From an uncultured Verrucomicrobiota bacterium (lineage in GTDB: Bacteria > Verrucomicrobiota > Verrucomicrobiia > Limisphaerales > J093), in NCBI GenBank assembly GCA_964466945.1, contig CAYXPA010000001.1, positions 5,516 through 69,515 on the forward strand: DNA of 64,000 nucleotides, read 5' to 3'. This document shows positions 62,140 to 64,000 of the stretch, piece after piece. Numbering within the stretch: position 1 is the stretch's first letter; the number at the start of each line of letters is the position of its first letter. Under the pieces are notes generated by a model. The model ran no database searches. It saw only the letters and a list, made by a program, of their open reading frames with translations, and was not told where the DNA came from. The position numbers and the translations under genes are program-made.

Positions 62140-64000
62140 ATGAAGCGGATTTGCAAACTGGCGGTGGCGGTGGGCCTGCTGTCCTGGCTGGAGGCGCAGG
62201 CGGTCGGGCCGCAGCCCTTGTACGTCAACAGCGGCGCCACCAGTTATGCGGTGAAGCCGAATGCGCCGCCGGGCAATTTCGCCTGGCTGCAACCCCGCGT
62301 GCTGCCCGCGCCGGAGGTGCCGCCCATTTTCGTGAATCCCGGCTCGGTGACGTTCACCAATCCTCCCCAAATCAACGCCACGGCCTTTTTGAACCTGGGC
62401 ACCTTCGGGGTCCAGACGCTGCTGCCCTTCGACTTCCAAAACACCCTGTATTTCACCAACCGGGGCACCATGATCAGCGCGCCGGGCTTCCGGTTTGATT
62501 ACACGGACGACTTCGGCATCCGGCGGCCGGCGGCGCGGTTCGTCAACGAAGCGTCCGGCATCATTCAATGCGTGGACGCGAACCAATACTTGGGGTACAG
62601 CAACGTGTACTTTCAGACCATGCTGCAAATCCGGGCGACGAACATCCTCAACCCTGGCTACGTGCAGGTCGGAAACAACGGGACCATCCGCATCGAGGGC
62701 CAGAATGTGAACCTCAGCCGGGGCGGCTTGGAAGTCGTGCCCATCGAAAGTTCACCCTTTGCCAACGTGTATTTCGACAACACCGGCGACGGCATCCCGG
62801 ATTCCTTCTTGGGTGACAACGCCATCTACGACCTGTACTGGGGGGCCGGCATTCAGCAGGTTCCGGTTCCCGGCCCGTTGAACACGGCCAGCGTGCTGCG
62901 GTTTTTGGGCACGGATTTGCTCGCCAGTTCCGGCCCTCATGTGGTGCAGGTCGCTCCCACTTGGCAGAACCAAACCGTGGCCTTCTCGACGTACGTCTTG
63001 GGCGAGTACTTTACGGCCTTCGCCAACACCGGGGTGGTGGCCTCGACCTTCCTGACGCTGACCAACGCGGACGGCAGCACCACCAACATTCTTCTGCCGA
63101 CCAACATTTTCCGCCAAGCCGTGGTGGTGGGGGTCAACGATACCAACTTCACCGTGCGCACCCGATTCGGGCCGCCGGGTCCGGCAGGGCTGGGCTTTGG
63201 GTTGGTCGCGGTCGAGATTGCCTCACAGACCACGAATGTGGCCCAAGGGGCTCCCCAGACCGACACCTTGTACTTTGTGGATTACCTTGGTTACGACACC
63301 AACACCTTGGTGGTGACCAATTTGGGGGTTTGGGTTCCGACGGGCCGCCCTTACGCGTACGAGATTTACCGGGAGCTGCCGGCGTTTGATTTCCTGGGTT
63401 CCTACGGCAACACCTCGCTCTTCAGCGGGTTCCTGTACAGCACCAATTTTTCCAATGTTTTTGCCACCAACTTGTACGCGGGTTATTGGGCCTCGATTGA
63501 CAGCATCCAGTCGCGTCCGCCGCAGGTGCCCGGGGTGGCTCCCACCAATACGCCCGGGCGCATTGAGATCGTGGCGGATACCCTCAACTTGAACCGCACC
63601 CGGATTCGTGGCGAGACGCTGGTGGAAATCAAGGCCGCCCACTTGCAGAGCAGTGACGGGACCTTGGTGGACGTGGAAAATCTGGTCTATGACCTGGCTT
63701 CCACCAACGGGCTGCTGACGGTGCGCAACCTGGCCAAGGATTCATTCCACGCGATCCGCGGGGAATTGCGGGCGTGGACGGGCATCTGGTCCAACCAGTT
63801 CGCCCTGGTGTTGTCCAACTGGTTCATTGACGCCAACACCAACTACTACAACCCGGTCACCAACCCGATTGACATCAACCTGTACTGCCTGATCCTGAGC
63901 GCGGATTTCCTCACCCGCACCCAGCAGGTCATCACCCACACCCTGTCCCTCAACAGCACCAATGTGGTGGTGGATGACCCCTACCTGGTCAGCGACAAGC
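62140..64000 (+). CDS. large secreted Asn/Thr-rich protein, N-terminal 620 codons only (runs off right edge)
   Basis: Own translation from ATG 62140: MKRICKLAVAVGLLSWLEAQAVGPQPLYVNSGATSYAV...FTNRGTMISAPGFRFDY...GNNGTIRIEGQNVNLSRGG... It is open to position 64000 with no stop, which is why it is missing from the ORF track. The repetitive beta-helix-like N/T/G pattern suggests an adhesin-type giant protein. Confidence 0.6.
   Translation, partial: MKRICKLAVAVGLLSWLEAQAVGPQPLYVNSGATSYAVKPNAPPGNFAWLQPRVLPAPEVPPIFVNPGSVTFTNPPQINATAFLNLGTFGVQTLLPFDFQNTLYFTNRGTMISAPGFRFDYTDDFGIRRPAARFVNEASGIIQCVDANQYLGYSNVYFQTMLQIRATNILNPGYVQVGNNGTIRIEGQNVNLSRGGLEVVPIESSPFANVYFDNTGDGIPDSFLGDNAIYDLYWGAGIQQVPVPGPLNTASVLRFLGTDLLASSGPHVVQVAPTWQNQTVAFSTYVLGEYFTAFANTGVVASTFLTLTNADGSTTNILLPTNIFRQAVVVGVNDTNFTVRTRFGPPGPAGLGFGLVAVEIASQTTNVAQGAPQTDTLYFVDYLGYDTNTLVVTNLGVWVPTGRPYAYEIYRELPAFDFLGSYGNTSLFSGFLYSTNFSNVFATNLYAGYWASIDSIQSRPPQVPGVAPTNTPGRIEIVADTLNLNRTRIRGETLVEIKAAHLQSSDGTLVDVENLVYDLASTNGLLTVRNLAKDSFHAIRGELRAWTGIWSNQFALVLSNWFIDANTNYYNPVTNPIDINLYCLILSADFLTRTQQVITHTLSLNSTNVVVDDPYLVSDK

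Noticed and set aside
47123-64000. PEP-CTERM sorting signals on the secreted proteins near the exosortase
   Set aside because: The C-termini of all complete ORFs in the region were inspected (..YYRVIRIR, ..GGGGGTTP, ..PASEVSK and others). None has a PEP motif followed by a TM helix and a basic tail.

Overview
The window is GC-rich bacterial chromosome with dense coding and strongly G/C-biased third codon positions, which produces many long antisense shadow ORFs. Gene content points to the PVC superphylum, most likely Verrucomicrobiota. The evidence is a Planctomycetes-Verrucomicrobia-type (PVM) bacterial microcompartment operon, a DUF1559/H-X9-DG pseudopilin, TAT-signal Gfo/Idh/MocA oxidoreductases, an exosortase, and an Akkermansia-like pilM..secretin cluster.

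Layout:
- 0-11.6 kb: housekeeping genes (NUDIX-TadA fusion, dxr, cdsA, nadA, thrS, a DHPS-like gene, SCO1/DUF420).
- 11.9-21.9 kb: a complete minus-strand PVM-type BMC operon. It holds PduL, 3 BMC-H, AckA, 3 BMC-P, a CoA-acylating aldehyde dehydrogenase and a class II aldolase, with recognisable encapsulation peptides and a divergent DeoR regulator. It also carries an extra class-I-aldolase-like gene and a four-helix-bundle (rRNA-IVS-type) cassette inside the operon.
- 22-30.6 kb: mixed genes (pseudo-receiver, deoxyhypusine-synthase-like, Uma2, hemL-ruvX-truA-trmL, DUF255 thioredoxin-domain protein).
- 30.9-35.1 kb: an aa3-type cytochrome c oxidase operon in the unusual order I-III-IV-x-x-II.
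- 35-47 kb: dus, tRNA-Leu(CAG), flavodoxin-like, LytS-type kinase, GT2/TVP38, and a TPR-pilT-TPR operon.
- 47-64 kb: exosortase-EpsI-priming sugar transferase-UXS, followed directly by a type-IV-pilus-like assembly cluster and three large secreted proteins.

Most notable observations:
- The secretin is divided into two same-frame ORFs by a single TAA plus a 36-nt spacer, and the second ORF has its own signal peptide.
- The secretin carries a 114-residue GGGG[F/Y/L] pentapeptide array.
- The pilus cluster includes a PilM-PilN fusion and an Amuc_1100-like protein that share an MMLRYG motif.
- The IVS-like cassette in the BMC operon is bracketed by complementary purine/pyrimidine arms.
- A hairpin-cluster MITE/REP-like repeat occurs at two loci.

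No rRNA, CRISPR array, transposase or integrase was seen. All calls come from reading the translations and sequence by eye; no database search was run.
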